The notes: generated by a model from the sequence alone, not told the origin. DNA of 64,000 bases from Cyanobacteria bacterium P01_D01_bin.156 (GCA_039024555.1 JBCCQQ010000002.1:128001-192000), one strand, 5' to 3'; positions 11,564 through 25,339 are shown, counted from the first letter of the stretch. Translations and numbers: made by a program.

Positions 11564-11834
11564 AAAACTTATTTTTCTTCTCATTAGCTTGTCGTCGTCT
11601 TTTATGATGATTTAATCGGCTAATGACAAGATGTTACACAGTCTTTAGACAGCTATCTTGGGGTTCCGTAATCGTTTTAATCTGGAACTATCTCAAGAGT
11701 CGATAGGCCCATCGCGCTGCTTGCTGGTGTTCATGATTTGCTCTAAGCAAGTTTAGGGCTGAGCTGCCCGGCGCTGAGGGAGGGGTCTGATGCAATCGCC
11801 TAATTGCAATCAACTATTAGAAGGGAGCCTTTGA

Positions 11835-14540
<2,706 letters not shown>

Positions 14541-14582
14541 TAAATAGAGCTGGCTTAACTGAATACTTGTAAGCAAATGGTT

Positions 14583-14622
14583 AAAACGACTGGGCTATTT
14601 AATTAAATAGCCCAGTCGTTTT
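14583..14622. terminator. Perfect 40-bp palindrome / terminator after apcE
   Basis: AAAACGACTGGGCTATTTAA|TTAAATAGCCCAGTCGTTTT followed by T. Confidence 0.85.
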
Positions 14623-14747
14623 TGTTACGTACCAATTTGCTTGCCGCAAATCATTAGCACCTTTGCCATCAGGCATGATAAAACCAAGTGCTAGAGATAT
14701 TTGGTGTATTTAGATGACTGGCTGTAATAGCAATTCTGAGGATGGTT

Positions 14748-14765
14748 GTTACGAAATGTTTCGCA
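14748..14765 (+). promoter_or_regulatory. Possible HLR1 (RpaB) direct repeat upstream of apcA
   Basis: GTTACGAA-AT-GTTTCGCA imperfect 8-2-8 repeat. Confidence 0.35.
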
Positions 14766-15033
14766 TCCCCATAGAAGGTTAACTGAATGCCGGAAAATAC
14801 TATCGGAAGGCGGTTGAGCTGACACAGGATTCATAGAATCTGAGGCACCTTTTAGGTGTACTTCAATTTTCGAGTCAGGCATTGCATGAGTAGATAGAAT
14901 GCGTGTCTGATTCAGGGTTAAAGTAAGTAGGGGCTAGTTTACATATCTCTTATAGAGATCAAGTAGACCTTAGCCCTTTGAAGGTTAAAACCAGGTGATT
15001 TATCTGGTTATATTCTTTCGGAGGAATCCATAA

Positions 15034-15522
15034 ATGAGTATTGTCACGAAATCTATCGTGAACGCTGATGCTGAGGCTCGTTACCTGAGCCCTGGCGAAT
15101 TAGATCGCATTAAAGGTTTTGTTACTTCTGGTGAGCGTCGTCTACGCATCGCCCAGGTATTAACAGAGTCCCGTGAGCGCATCATTAAGCAAGCTGGCGA
15201 CCAGCTTTTCCAAAAGCGTCCTGATGTTGTCTCCCCGGGTGGTAACGCCTACGGTGAGGAAATGACCGCAACTTGCTTGCGTGACATGGACTACTACCTA
15301 CGTCTTGTCACCTATGGCATTGTTGCTGGTGATGTGACTCCTATTGAGGAAATTGGTTTGGTGGGTGCCAAGGAGATGTACAACTCTCTGGGTACTTCCA
15401 TCCCCGCTGTTGCTGACTCAATTCGTTTCATGAAGAGCGTAGCATCTTCCCTACTGTCTGGTGATGATGCAGCTGAGGCCGCTTCTTACTTCGATTACGT
15501 TGTTGGTGCAATGTTGGGCTAA
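15034..15522 (+). CDS. apcA: Allophycocyanin alpha subunit
   Basis: [42 protein letters not shown]. Confidence 0.99.
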   Translation: MSIVTKSIVNADAEARYLSPGELDRIKGFVTSGERRLRIAQVLTESRERIIKQAGDQLFQKRPDVVSPGGNAYGEEMTATCLRDMDYYLRLVTYGIVAGDVTPIEEIGLVGAKEMYNSLGTSIPAVADSIRFMKSVASSLLSGDDAAEAASYFDYVVGAMLG

Positions 15523-15585
15523 GGCATTGAGCTACCCATCAGATTGTTAAACCACATCGTCAAATCTTACTAAGGGATAAAAATC

Positions 15586-16071
15586 ATGCAAGACGCGATT
15601 ACTGCTGTCATTAATTCTTCAGACGTTCAGGGTAAGTACCTTGATCAGTCTTCTATGGATAAGCTAGCTGCTTATTTCCAAACTGGTGAACTGCGCGTTC
15701 GTGCAGCTACTGCTATTGGCGCTAATGCGTCTGAGATTGTTAAGGATGCTGTTGCTAAGGCGCTACTGTATTCTGACATCACTCGTCCTGGTGGCAATAT
15801 GTACACCACTCGTCGCTATGCCGCTTGCATTCGCGACCTTGACTATTACCTACGCTACTCCACCTACGCTATGTTGGCTGGTGATCCTTCCATCTTGGAT
15901 GAGCGTGTACTTAACGGCCTAAAAGAGACTTACAACTCCTTAGGGGTACCCGTTGGTGCGACTGTTCAAGCTATCCAAGCTATGAAAGAAGTTACTGCTA
16001 GCCTTGTTGGTGCTGACGCTGGTAAGGAAATGGGCGTTTACTTTGATTACATCTGCTCGGGCCTAAGCTAG
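15586..16071 (+). CDS. apcB: Allophycocyanin beta subunit
   Basis: [36 protein letters not shown]. Confidence 0.99.
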   Translation: MQDAITAVINSSDVQGKYLDQSSMDKLAAYFQTGELRVRAATAIGANASEIVKDAVAKALLYSDITRPGGNMYTTRRYAACIRDLDYYLRYSTYAMLAGDPSILDERVLNGLKETYNSLGVPVGATVQAIQAMKEVTASLVGADAGKEMGVYFDYICSGLS

Positions 16072-16447
16072 GTCATGTCGATGTAGTTGCTTAGCCGATA
16101 AGGTTAAGCTGTTTCGGAAGTCTGGAACGAGTGTTAGCGAGTTGTAATCTACTTGTCTGAAGGTTACTGCTGTTGGTCATTGGTTATTGGACTTCCGAAA
16201 TTTTGGGTCTAAGTCTGGAACAGCCATTTAGCCATTTCAGGTTCTGTCAAGCCTAAAGATTATTGGACCAACGCTATCAATGGGCAGTTTGAGAATTAGT
16301 ACTGGTTGAGCATTGCTTGTACACTTACTTAACTGACATTGAGCCGTATTTAACTAGGGTTAAAGCACTTAACGGTTTCGTTAGTGGGCTTTTAGCAATT
16401 AACTTGCAAAACAAAATTTTTGTTTGAGATTAGGAGACACCTCTGCT

Positions 16448-16651
16448 ATGCGTATGTTCCGGGTTACTGCCTGTGTGCCGAGTCAATCTCGCATTCGTAC
16501 CCAGCGTGAGCTACAAAACACTTTTTTTACTAAGCTCGTTCCCTACGACAGCTGGTTTCGCGAGCAGCAGCGAATTCAAAAAATGGGTGGAAAAATTGTC
16601 AAAGTAGAGTTGGCGACCGGCAAGCCCGGGGCAAATACTGGACTAGCTTAA
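16448..16651 (+). CDS. apcC: Phycobilisome core linker Lc 7.8 kDa
   Basis: MRMFRVTACVPSQSRIRTQRELQNTFFTKLVPY; AGGAG RBS before ATG at 16448. Confidence 0.97.
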   Translation: MRMFRVTACVPSQSRIRTQRELQNTFFTKLVPYDSWFREQQRIQKMGGKIVKVELATGKPGANTGLA

Positions 16652-16667
16652 AAGACTCAAAAATTAG

Positions 16668-16728
16668 TTCAGACCATAAAAAACATCGCTGGCAACTTAC
16701 TTACCAGCGATGTTTTTTATGGTCTGAA
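16668..16728. terminator. Long hairpin (25-bp stem), likely bidirectional terminator after apcC
   Basis: TTCAGACCATAAAAAACATCGCTGG-11 nt-CCAGCGATGTTTTTTATGGTCTGAA. Confidence 0.85.
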
Positions 16729-17028
16729 TACGAGAATATCGAACTTCTCACAGATTATTCAAACTCTATGCCAAAAGCTAGTAGCCAAGATTTGGATCTA
16801 CAACCTTAAGTCAATACTAGTGATACAGACTGGGATGATATGCATCACTTTTACAGAGTTTTTATTCTATTCACCACATTAGGAATTATGACTATTTTTG
16901 GCTAACACGACTAGCTGGCCTAAGTTAGGCAACTACTCAACAATTTTAACGAATACATTTCGCATACCTATAGAACCAATGGCAGCTAGTTCAGGATTTA
17001 TAGAACACATGCTGAACTAGAAACGAGC

Positions 17029-17241
17029 TTAGATAGGTAACCCTAACCAGGTAAAAAAGTCCTGACGGGTAAAAAGTTCGAGTATTAGGAGCGCCAGAAA
17101 ACCCACCATAGCAAAACGACCGTTAATACGTTCGGCATAGACGTTCCACCCAAAGCTTGGTTGTTCAACATCTTTTAACTCAGCTGATTGAGGACGTGAT
17201 GTATTGGTCTCGGGCGAATCAGATTTTGACATTTTTATCAT
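17029..17241 (-). CDS. High-light-inducible protein (Hli/Scp, single-helix CAB-like)
   Basis: FGWNVYAERINGRFAMVGFLALLILE (ExxNxR motif). Confidence 0.93.
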   Translation of the reverse strand: MIKMSKSDSPETNTSRPQSAELKDVEQPSFGWNVYAERINGRFAMVGFLALLILELFTRQDFFTWLGLPI

Positions 17242-17630
17242 TCAGGAGAGTAACAGCTAGTAACTAGCTATCCTTAAGCTTCACTATTCTATCGAACCCT
17301 CTTACGTATTATGGATTTTTCTCCGCTTGAGTATGCTGAGATGGCGTTATAGCTAATAGCTAAAGTAAGTTTTCTTTTAATATACTCATGTGTTTATATC
17401 AAGCCCTAAATATTTCTAAAACTAGATATTTAAAGCTCAATTGAAAGGTTAGCTTGAATAGGATTTTAAGTTTACACACTTTGGTAAAAACAGGTTTTTG
17501 GTCTGTTATAATCAGTTCCTGCCTCAAAAATTATTCCTAACCTATGCTAATGAACAAAGAGTTTTGGTCCTAGCTTTAGCAGTGTGATTCAATCTGTTTT
17601 TCTAGCTCTAATCTTTAATCTTCAAATCCG

Positions 17631-18014
17631 ATGGCTGATAGCAAAACAACGCCGCTGACAGGAAAAGCTCTACTTCAAAAGATGAAGGAAATCACCCATT
17701 TACCTAAGCGAGAGAAGGCTAAGGAATGTGGGTATTTCAGTATTACTAAAGATAAACAGGTCAGGGTCAATCTAACTGACTTTTATGATGCGTTGCTGGC
17801 TGCTCGAGGGATTCCATTAGGGCCTGAAAGTACAAAAGATGGTCGTGGACGAGAGCCTACTTACCGCGTAAGTGTTCATAAAAATGGCCAAATTGTTATT
17901 GGCTCTACCTATACTCAGGAAATGGGGCTTAAGCCAGGTGATGAGTTTGAGATTAAGCTTGGATATAAGCATATTCATCTAATTCAGTTGGATGATAGCA
18001 AGGATGAAGATTGA
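17631..18014 (+). CDS. Cyanobacterial AbrB-like transcriptional regulator (cyAbrB)
   Basis: LTGKALLQK; AKECGY; GRGREPTYRVSVHKNGQIVIGSTYT; GLKPGDEFEIKLGYKHIHL. Confidence 0.93.
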   Translation: MADSKTTPLTGKALLQKMKEITHLPKREKAKECGYFSITKDKQVRVNLTDFYDALLAARGIPLGPESTKDGRGREPTYRVSVHKNGQIVIGSTYTQEMGLKPGDEFEIKLGYKHIHLIQLDDSKDED

Positions 18015-18127
18015 TGCTCCAGCTACCCTTAGAGCTCACCATTCAACCGAGCTAAGTACTAGATAATCGAGTTTTATCTAGGCTTTGCTAAGGCTCTGTT
18101 TTTTGTTGTTCAACTACTTTCAAGAAT

Positions 18128-18174
18128 GAATAGTATGAGGCGACTGAAGTTATTTCAGTCGCCTCATACTATTC
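18128..18174. terminator. Hairpin between convergent genes
   Basis: GAATAGTATGAGGCGACTGAA-gttat-TTCAGTCGCCTCATACTATTC (21-bp stem). Confidence 0.85.
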
Positions 18175-18233
18175 TGCGCAATCGTGGCCGCTTAATAGGA
18201 GATTGCAAAACCCATCAATAGATTACCTGGCAG

Positions 18234-21200
18234 TCATCCATAAACCGGGGTTTCAATATGAGCAATCAGAGGTTCTTCTAAAGTTTGGGCTTTGTGCAGA
18301 AGTAAACGATTGCAGTAGGCGCGTAGTTGTTCGGCCTGGGGCTCATTGGGGATATAAATTTGGCCGCCTGACTCGGTCACAGATTTATTAAATAGGGGTG
18401 TTTGTAGCAATGCACGGTACGTGGGCAAATCAGTAGTGCGATCGCAAATTAACCCTCGATCCGCTGATGTGGGTACTAAGCCAGGGGGCAAATGGCCTTC
18501 CAACAATGCCAAAATATGCAAATGACACGCCTGGGTATTAATTCCCCGCTGTTCTAAGAGGTGCATGATCGCCCCCACCGGCAAGGGTTGCTGAGGAAAT
18601 ACCCGCAGTAGTTCCATCAGCAAAAAGTAATCACTGTATTGTTGTCGAGTAATATTAAACACCTGGGGATAGCGGGCAACATTGACTAAACCATAGGCCA
18701 CACGGCTACAGCTCTGGGGTAGATCCGCCGCATAGGTATCTTGAATGATGGTCGCATTGGGAAATTTTTGCCGGAGCCATCGAGCAATCGCTGGCAGTGA
18801 CGCTGAGCCCCCCGTACAGACAACTTGCTTAATCGATTGAGCATCGACCGTTTGTTTGCTCAGCAGCTTATCCAAAGCGCCGTTAATACGCTGAATGTAC
18901 GGCAAAAAGATCAGATTTTCGAGATGGCGTCGCTTGATCACCCAGCATTGCCCCCCTAAGCTCAGACGCACCTGATTTTTCTGTTGCAGTGCCCACTTGA
19001 GATGACGTGCTGCTGCCAATAAGCTTTGACCCAAATTTGAAGAGAGCAACCGTTGCTGTAGTCGATAGCGTTGCGCCCAATCCACATGGCCCACTGCCGG
19101 TAATGCCAGATCGCTTAAGTTTAACAGGCTCCAATCGGCATCCTGTGCCAATAGATGCCCCTGCCAATCCCAAGTGTTACTCGGATCTGTATTCTCAATC
19201 GATTGACGACGCTCATCGGGAATTAATAACTGACAAACGATATCTTGATCTAGGGCATCCCCAGCATAGGCAAAGCTGCGTAAGGCAAAGTCACTGTAGT
19301 CAAGATTATTAAGAGTCTGAGGCAAATCGACCAGAGCTAGTTCTGTCATCGTAGCGCCCGCACTGACAACGATTGTGCCTTCTTGCCATTGACAGTTGTA
19401 TAGGCTGGGCTGACGAGAAAGAGGAACAGTCTCAGCTACCGATATTTCGTGGGGGTCAGGCAATCCAGATAGAACTGTTGCGATCGCGTCCTCCACAAAA
19501 ATCACCTGTTCAGGATGCTCAATAATCCCTGCTGCCAGGACTGCTTCCCGCAAATTAAAACTGTAGGTATCAGGCCAATTTGTCGGATAGCCGACAATCA
19601 CACCCTGCAGTTCTCTCCAAACTTGATTTAAGGTTTGCTCATCTAACCCCACAGCCTGCCCATGGTTCATCACATATCTAAGCAACTGAACCATGGCTTG
19701 CAAAACCTGCAGCATCGGTAGCTCTACCCGATCGGACCAGCGGATCCAGGGGTCAGACATGGGTAACGTTTGACCATGCCCCACAGCCACCTTAAATAAG
19801 GGCTTTAAACGATTTACTCCCACCAACTCCGGCACCTCAGAACCGGCAACATTCAGCAATAAATCCTCAAAATCACCCAAAGCATCGTAGCCCACTGCCA
19901 CAGTCTCTTGGGCAGCCGTCATCACCGCCAAGGCTGGTAAACGAAAATGCTTAGCCTCGTCGGACGCATCAGTTTGCCAATACAGGGGATAAACCTGTCC
20001 AGTACGACGATTCATGAACACCACTGATATCCCAGTGGTGCCTACATCTAACCCCAAAAACCAAGCCCCTTCACTATCGACCGCTGGCAATGGTGTCTCC
20101 AAAGGTGGCCCTGAAGCAGCTAATGTAACTAAGGGAGTCGGTTCTTCTACATCCACCTCTGTCGCAATTCCAGCCAAATCTAGCAATGCATCCGTAGCTA
20201 CAACCTCTTCAGGAATATCCAGCGGCACAAAAGCATTAACCGCTTCAGCAGATTCTTCAACCAGAGATGCTGTATCCAGATCTAGCTGAGTCAATGACTC
20301 ATCCTCACTGAGTATCAAAGGATTATCTTCCAGAAATACCACCGCATCTTCGTCTTGAATTGACTCATCTTGTGAGGTTTCTAGATCCGGCAAGGAAGAT
20401 TCTGCCAAAGACGAACCATTGAAGAAATCGTCTAGATCATCCAACTCCTGAGACTCTTCATTGAAAGATAATTCACTCGGTGTAGTCGACTCTTCAACAG
20501 TCAACAAATCATCAAAATCCGACGCTATATCCCCATCAGCGCCAGATGCTATTCCACCATCAGAAGCCTTTGAAAGCGAAGCATCCTCATCAGTCGCCGT
20601 TTGTGTTTGCCAAAATGCCTGCTGCTCAGCCTGTAAAAACTCCTCAGAATCTGCCGACAAATCTAACTCTAAATCATCTCCTTCAAGCTCGAAAGACATG
20701 TCTGGCATAGAAGCTGAATTCAAGGCAGGAGGCTCTGCATCTATGACTGCTGGGGGAGCCTCAATCAGGTTATCCAGTAGCGGCGCTTCTAAATCAGAGA
20801 ACAGCTGCTCATCGTCATCATTAGCCTGCTGCGATAAGGCATTAGAACGCTGACTCAAGTCTGCCAGTTCATTGGCTAGCGAATCAGGGATACCATCATC
20901 CTCATCCAAAGGATCGCCGATGTCGGACCAATCTAACTCATCCGAGAGAGGAGCAGTAAAAGCGGCTATTACACTGTCTTGGCCATCTAACGGAGGATCC
21001 ATATCCACAGAATCTACAGAAAATTCTCTGAAGAGATCATCAGCGTCCGAAACTGAGCTACCTTCCGTAGGGTCCGTCACCAACAGTTCATCAGCATCCT
21101 TAATAGATGCGTCGTCATCAATAGAGGCGTCGCCATCCAAATCGCTACTTAAACTATCTTCAGAACTACTCTCCTCAGGACCTTCATCCATCTCTAAATC

Positions 21201-23270
21201 CCCGAAGTCAAGATCCTGGACGACGGTTTCTAACGTGTCTTGCTCGATGGATTCTAAAGCATTCTCATCTTGAACGGCATAATCTGTCGAAAAATCAACA
21301 TTTGCGAGCTTTTGCAAGTCCTCACCCAGTTGCTCCACCAGCGGGTCATCATCCAACTCAAGCAATAAATGCTGCTCACTGTCTGACTCCACTAAGTTGA
21401 TCAGATCTTCATCTGCAGATGCTGGAATATAGACATCATCAGGCAAATTCTCTGGAATATCTAGCACCGCATCCGCCGTCTGGGACTCTGGCAAAAGATC
21501 TGATAGAGATACTATGCTCTCAGGAGCTTCTACCTGAGGGCTAGTCTCAACAACTTCGGGAACACTATCGCCAAACAGAGTTTCAACCGTCGGTTCAGAC
21601 TCTTCAGCAATCACCTCTTCAGGGGTATGTGAAGATAGATGCTCTGATGCATCCTCTTCTATATTATTTTTACCAACATCCGAGCTCACGACTGACGACT
21701 GGTTAAACAATAGTGCCTCAGCCACCTGTTCAGCCTCAAGCAGCTCAGCTTCAGTCAGTGTTTCAGGCGCATCATCTGCAAAACTAAAGGCCAACAAATC
21801 TTCTGAAAGCGGCCTCAGCTCAGAATCAGGGGCCGATGGCACAGACTTAGTAAACTGTTGTTCCGCTTCATGGGACACAGAGCCTGGGGCGTCAAAATCG
21901 AGATCGAAGTTAAACAGCTCACCGTCAGAAGCTTCAGGTGACAGAGCACTCGATTCCATCGTCGCATCGGCATCAGCACTAACAGCTAAGAGCTCTAAAC
22001 TTTCCTCCACCCCCTCTAAAGAATCACTCAAATCAAGAGGTACAGCATCAAGATTGTCATCACTTGCCAAAAATGCTTCTTCTAAAGGATCGGAAACACT
22101 ATCTACATCAGCATCTTCCTGGATAGCTGCAACGTCATCACGCTCCACATCCGGCGCACCAAACTGAATAACCGTGATATCTCCATCTAAATCGATGTTG
22201 CCACCTTTTAGGTCAATATCCTCTTCTAAAAGAGCCAGATCATTCACATCCAGAGGGTTGGATTGCAGCAACGTAACCTCTTCGTCAGCTTCCGACAGCT
22301 GCAAATCAAGGTCGAGGGTCAGTTCCGACGACGCTGTAACATCACCAATCTCTTCTTCTAAAGCTAAATTTTCTAGGGCCTGTTCCAGCTCATTTAGCTG
22401 TACCGGCTCTACAACCTCAGTGACTCTAGGCTCCTCTAATGGAGCTGGCCCATTCAAGCTACTGGCCAGATAAGAGGAAGCATCTTGCCCAAGTTGTTGG
22501 GCGAGATGATTAATAAATGCATGGAAAATGACTTCCCCCTGACGCCCCAACCCATGCATTTGGGATAACCCTTCTTCCAAAGAATCCCGATAGCTGTCAA
22601 CACTTTTTTGCAACGAATCAAATACAGCGGTCAGAGTGGTATCTAGTTTGACTAATAGCTGATCTGACTGAGCCTGCAATAAACGTACTTGATCTAGACG
22701 TTGACCTGACAACATGGGTACGGGTGAAGTTTCCGCCGCCGACAGCTGCTCTACAGTAGCTGTCTCCATAGCAGCAAAATTCTGTACCATTTGCGCCGAC
22801 AGCTGCTCCTGGAGGCGTTGCATCAGCGTCTCCAAAAACGCATTCAGCTGCTCTTCAGACAGCACGGGTTCCGTACGCCGAGCTTCCAATACATTAATTT
22901 CTGCTTGTAGGCTTTCACGTTTTTGCCGTAGCGCCTCCAGCTCTTGACGCATCGGTCGCAGGGAATTTTCGCGCAGATAACGCATTTCCAACACCAGGCC
23001 CTGCAATACCTGGGAAGCAGCATCTTCTGTCTGGGCAGTCGAAACCTGTGGCGACACCAACTGCCCTGTGTCGGGATCCAGTGGCCCCCATCCCCCTGGA
23101 GATTCGAACATCTGCTCCAACGACTGAAGATAGTCGGATAATTCGCCCAGTAGTTGGCGTTGTCGATCGACTTCTTCCGCAAAGCCTAAGGATAGGCGAG
23201 ATGGTGGTTTAGCCAGAGCAGCTTCAATTTCAGCAATGAGGCGTTGGATTTGATCCTTTTGAGAAGTCAC
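18234..23270 (-). CDS. Large protein: N-terminal coiled coil, very acidic low-complexity linker, C-terminal Hsp70/actin-like ATPase-fold domain
   Basis: WFLGLDVGTTG (phosphate-1), GYPTNW, FVEDAIA, YAGDALDQDI, VVCTGGSASLPAI (adenosine motif); GTG start at 23270 inferred. Confidence 0.8.
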   Translation of the reverse strand: MTSQKDQIQRLIAEIEAALAKPPSRLSLGFAEEVDRQRQLLGELSDYLQSLEQMFESPGGWGPLDPDTGQLVSPQVSTAQTEDAASQVLQGLVLEMRYLRENSLRPMRQELEALRQKRESLQAEINVLEARRTEPVLSEEQLNAFLETLMQRLQEQLSAQMVQNFAAMETATVEQLSAAETSPVPMLSGQRLDQVRLLQAQSDQLLVKLDTTLTAVFDSLQKSVDSYRDSLEEGLSQMHGLGRQGEVIFHAFINHLAQQLGQDASSYLASSLNGPAPLEEPRVTEVVEPVQLNELEQALENLALEEEIGDVTASSELTLDLDLQLSEADEEVTLLQSNPLDVNDLALLEEDIDLKGGNIDLDGDITVIQFGAPDVERDDVAAIQEDADVDSVSDPLEEAFLASDDNLDAVPLDLSDSLEGVEESLELLAVSADADATMESSALSPEASDGELFNFDLDFDAPGSVSHEAEQQFTKSVPSAPDSELRPLSEDLLAFSFADDAPETLTEAELLEAEQVAEALLFNQSSVVSSDVGKNNIEEDASEHLSSHTPEEVIAEESEPTVETLFGDSVPEVVETSPQVEAPESIVSLSDLLPESQTADAVLDIPENLPDDVYIPASADEDLINLVESDSEQHLLLELDDDPLVEQLGEDLQKLANVDFSTDYAVQDENALESIEQDTLETVVQDLDFGDLEMDEGPEESSSEDSLSSDLDGDASIDDDASIKDADELLVTDPTEGSSVSDADDLFREFSVDSVDMDPPLDGQDSVIAAFTAPLSDELDWSDIGDPLDEDDGIPDSLANELADLSQRSNALSQQANDDDEQLFSDLEAPLLDNLIEAPPAVIDAEPPALNSASMPDMSFELEGDDLELDLSADSEEFLQAEQQAFWQTQTATDEDASLSKASDGGIASGADGDIASDFDDLLTVEESTTPSELSFNEESQELDDLDDFFNGSSLAESSLPDLETSQDESIQDEDAVVFLEDNPLILSEDESLTQLDLDTASLVEESAEAVNAFVPLDIPEEVVATDALLDLAGIATEVDVEEPTPLVTLAASGPPLETPLPAVDSEGAWFLGLDVGTTGISVVFMNRRTGQVYPLYWQTDASDEAKHFRLPALAVMTAAQETVAVGYDALGDFEDLLLNVAGSEVPELVGVNRLKPLFKVAVGHGQTLPMSDPWIRWSDRVELPMLQVLQAMVQLLRYVMNHGQAVGLDEQTLNQVWRELQGVIVGYPTNWPDTYSFNLREAVLAAGIIEHPEQVIFVEDAIATVLSGLPDPHEISVAETVPLSRQPSLYNCQWQEGTIVVSAGATMTELALVDLPQTLNNLDYSDFALRSFAYAGDALDQDIVCQLLIPDERRQSIENTDPSNTWDWQGHLLAQDADWSLLNLSDLALPAVGHVDWAQRYRLQQRLLSSNLGQSLLAAARHLKWALQQKNQVRLSLGGQCWVIKRRHLENLIFLPYIQRINGALDKLLSKQTVDAQSIKQVVCTGGSASLPAIARWLRQKFPNATIIQDTYAADLPQSCSRVAYGLVNVARYPQVFNITRQQYSDYFLLMELLRVFPQQPLPVGAIMHLLEQRGINTQACHLHILALLEGHLPPGLVPTSADRGLICDRTTDLPTYRALLQTPLFNKSVTESGGQIYIPNEPQAEQLRAYCNRLLLHKAQTLEEPLIAHIETPVYG

Positions 23271-23781
23271 AATGCGGCCTTTCAACAACGAACTCTGCAA
23301 ATCGGAGGATACCCTACCAAACCCTAGGGATGACAGGACCGACCAATGGAATGCCCAAAGTGTAAAGCAGGCTGGCTAAAAAAGCACAAGCTCCTTCTCT
23401 TTATGGGAATTCAGGAGGAAATCCTGACAGCCAACACAATGGATATCACAACCTAGCAACCGTCATCCTAGTCGATGGGTTGAACCCTAACATTTAGATA
23501 TGAAGTTAAGTTAAGGATCAAACTATAGGGGAAGCGAGCAATCGTGCTGTAACCTGTTTTAGGCAAATAAAACAATTAAAGACAAACTAATTCTTCATGT
23601 TTGATGCAGCCGTTGTCCTAACCATTAAGCGATGGGTTATCTAACCTTCGATGTCTAACTAAAGAGGTCAACAGGGTGGTGGCGTGCTAAGTGACTTGCC
23701 ATATATCTATCTCGAAAAAAGACCTCCATTCTTCGATTTTCCTGTTTTAATGAGTCCACATAACCATGGCCTCCACCTCCT

Positions 23782-24486
23782 ATGGACAGCAGATTCGGTG
23801 CCCGAGACACTTCAGCAAGTGACAATCTGATTGCCACTGCTCCTTTTTTCCAAGAGCTGCCTGAAGCTACGGTTCAGCAAGCAACAGCTCAGATTGTGAC
23901 GCGTCGCCATCCAGCTGGTCAGGTACTTCTATTGGAAAACGACTGGGGGAATTCGGTCTACTTTATCCTGGATGGCTGGGTCAAAATTCGCACCTATAAT
24001 TTGGACGGTAAAGAAGTCACCCTAAATATCTTGGGAAAAGGTGAACTGTTTGGCGAGATGGCACCTCTAGAAGCGGTACCTCGCTCCACAGACGTGATTA
24101 CTTTGGCTACAACAATGATTGGCAGTATGCCAGCCCAAGACTTTGTCAGCTTGCTTAACACTGAACCTCAGGCAGGTATTCGTTTGGCTAAGTTGATGGC
24201 GCGACGGCTACGCCAGGTTAACCGACGACTGCGATTGCGCGAATCAGATAGCCAATCTCGCGTAGCCGATGTTTTACTGTTTCTTGCCGATGGTCAAGGT
24301 ACTCAGGGAGCTGCTGGCGTAGAGATTCCCAATCTACCCCACCGAGAACTCAGCAGCTTGAGCGGACTAGCACGGGAGACAGTTACTCGCGTTCTCAGTA
24401 AACTTGAAAAAAAGGGATTAATCAGTCGCGAACGAGATATTGTTCGTATTCCCTCCATTGATAATTTAGAACGGTTGCTAGTCTAG
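23782..24486 (+). CDS. crp: Crp/Fnr-family cAMP receptor protein (SyCRP1-like)
   Basis: ENDWGNSVYFILDGWVKIRT; FGEMA..PRST; HTH HRELSSLSGLARETVTRVL; closely resembles Synechocystis SyCRP1 as recalled. Confidence 0.9.
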   Translation: MDSRFGARDTSASDNLIATAPFFQELPEATVQQATAQIVTRRHPAGQVLLLENDWGNSVYFILDGWVKIRTYNLDGKEVTLNILGKGELFGEMAPLEAVPRSTDVITLATTMIGSMPAQDFVSLLNTEPQAGIRLAKLMARRLRQVNRRLRLRESDSQSRVADVLLFLADGQGTQGAAGVEIPNLPHRELSSLSGLARETVTRVLSKLEKKGLISRERDIVRIPSIDNLERLLV

Positions 24487-24538
24487 CCATATCGATAGCA
24501 TCAAGATTAAGATTTTGGTTAGGTAACATTCCAACACC

Positions 24539-25339
24539 ATGGGGCAGCCAGACGAGGAACAGCAGTCAAAAATACAGGCACCAGGTGGAGCAAACGGTAG
24601 CAATTCAAGCGACTTCGACGACTTAGACTTGGATATTCCCTGGATAGAGGACGATGTAGCTGATCAGAGCCTGCCTGCACAGCGGATAACAGCATCTGGC
24701 AATAAGGGTCCCGTTGCACTGGTGGAAACCGCATTTTTAGCAAGTGCCGCTAGTTTAATGTGGCTGATTAATCTGTACTTTCCACCGGGTCCGTTATTAC
24801 GAATCTTATTCCCAGTTCCCATTGCACTGGTATATCTTCGCTGGAATCATCGGTCTGCATGGATGGCGACAGCTGTATCCGGTCTGTTGCTCGCCATCTT
24901 AATTGGACCACCCCGCAGCTTACTCTACGTGATTCCCTATGGAGCACTTGGCGTTCAGCTGGGCTACCACTGGCGACGCCAGACTTCATGGCTGATTTCT
25001 CTGCCTATCGGTGCTCTGATTGTTACCCTAGGTATTTTTTTTCGCATTTGGCTCCTGTCGTGGATGGCTGGTGAAGACCTGTGGGGATATCTGGTAGCTC
25101 AAGTGGTGCAACTATCAGATTGGCTCACCAACCGTTTGCTGGACTTTGGGTTGCTCGGCTTGGGAGCGATTGGCCAGCCTAGCCCCGGCATTATCCAGAT
25201 AACTGCTGTGTCTATGGTATTTCTGAGCAGCGTCGTATATCTATTTACGGTCCATTTGACGGCCTGGATTCTGTTGGAACGAATGGGTATCGAAATACCC
25301 AAACCGCCTCAATGGGTACAGCAAATTCTGGATGAATAG
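24539..25339 (+). CDS. DUF2232 membrane protein
   Basis: LVETAFLASAASLMWLINLYFPPGPLLRILFPVPIALVYLRW; multiple TM helices. Confidence 0.85.
   Translation: MGQPDEEQQSKIQAPGGANGSNSSDFDDLDLDIPWIEDDVADQSLPAQRITASGNKGPVALVETAFLASAASLMWLINLYFPPGPLLRILFPVPIALVYLRWNHRSAWMATAVSGLLLAILIGPPRSLLYVIPYGALGVQLGYHWRRQTSWLISLPIGALIVTLGIFFRIWLLSWMAGEDLWGYLVAQVVQLSDWLTNRLLDFGLLGLGAIGQPSPGIIQITAVSMVFLSSVVYLFTVHLTAWILLERMGIEIPKPPQWVQQILDE

Noticed and set aside
20014..22947. Ser-rich plus-strand ORFs
   Set aside because: Antisense reading of the acidic low-complexity region of the large minus-strand gene
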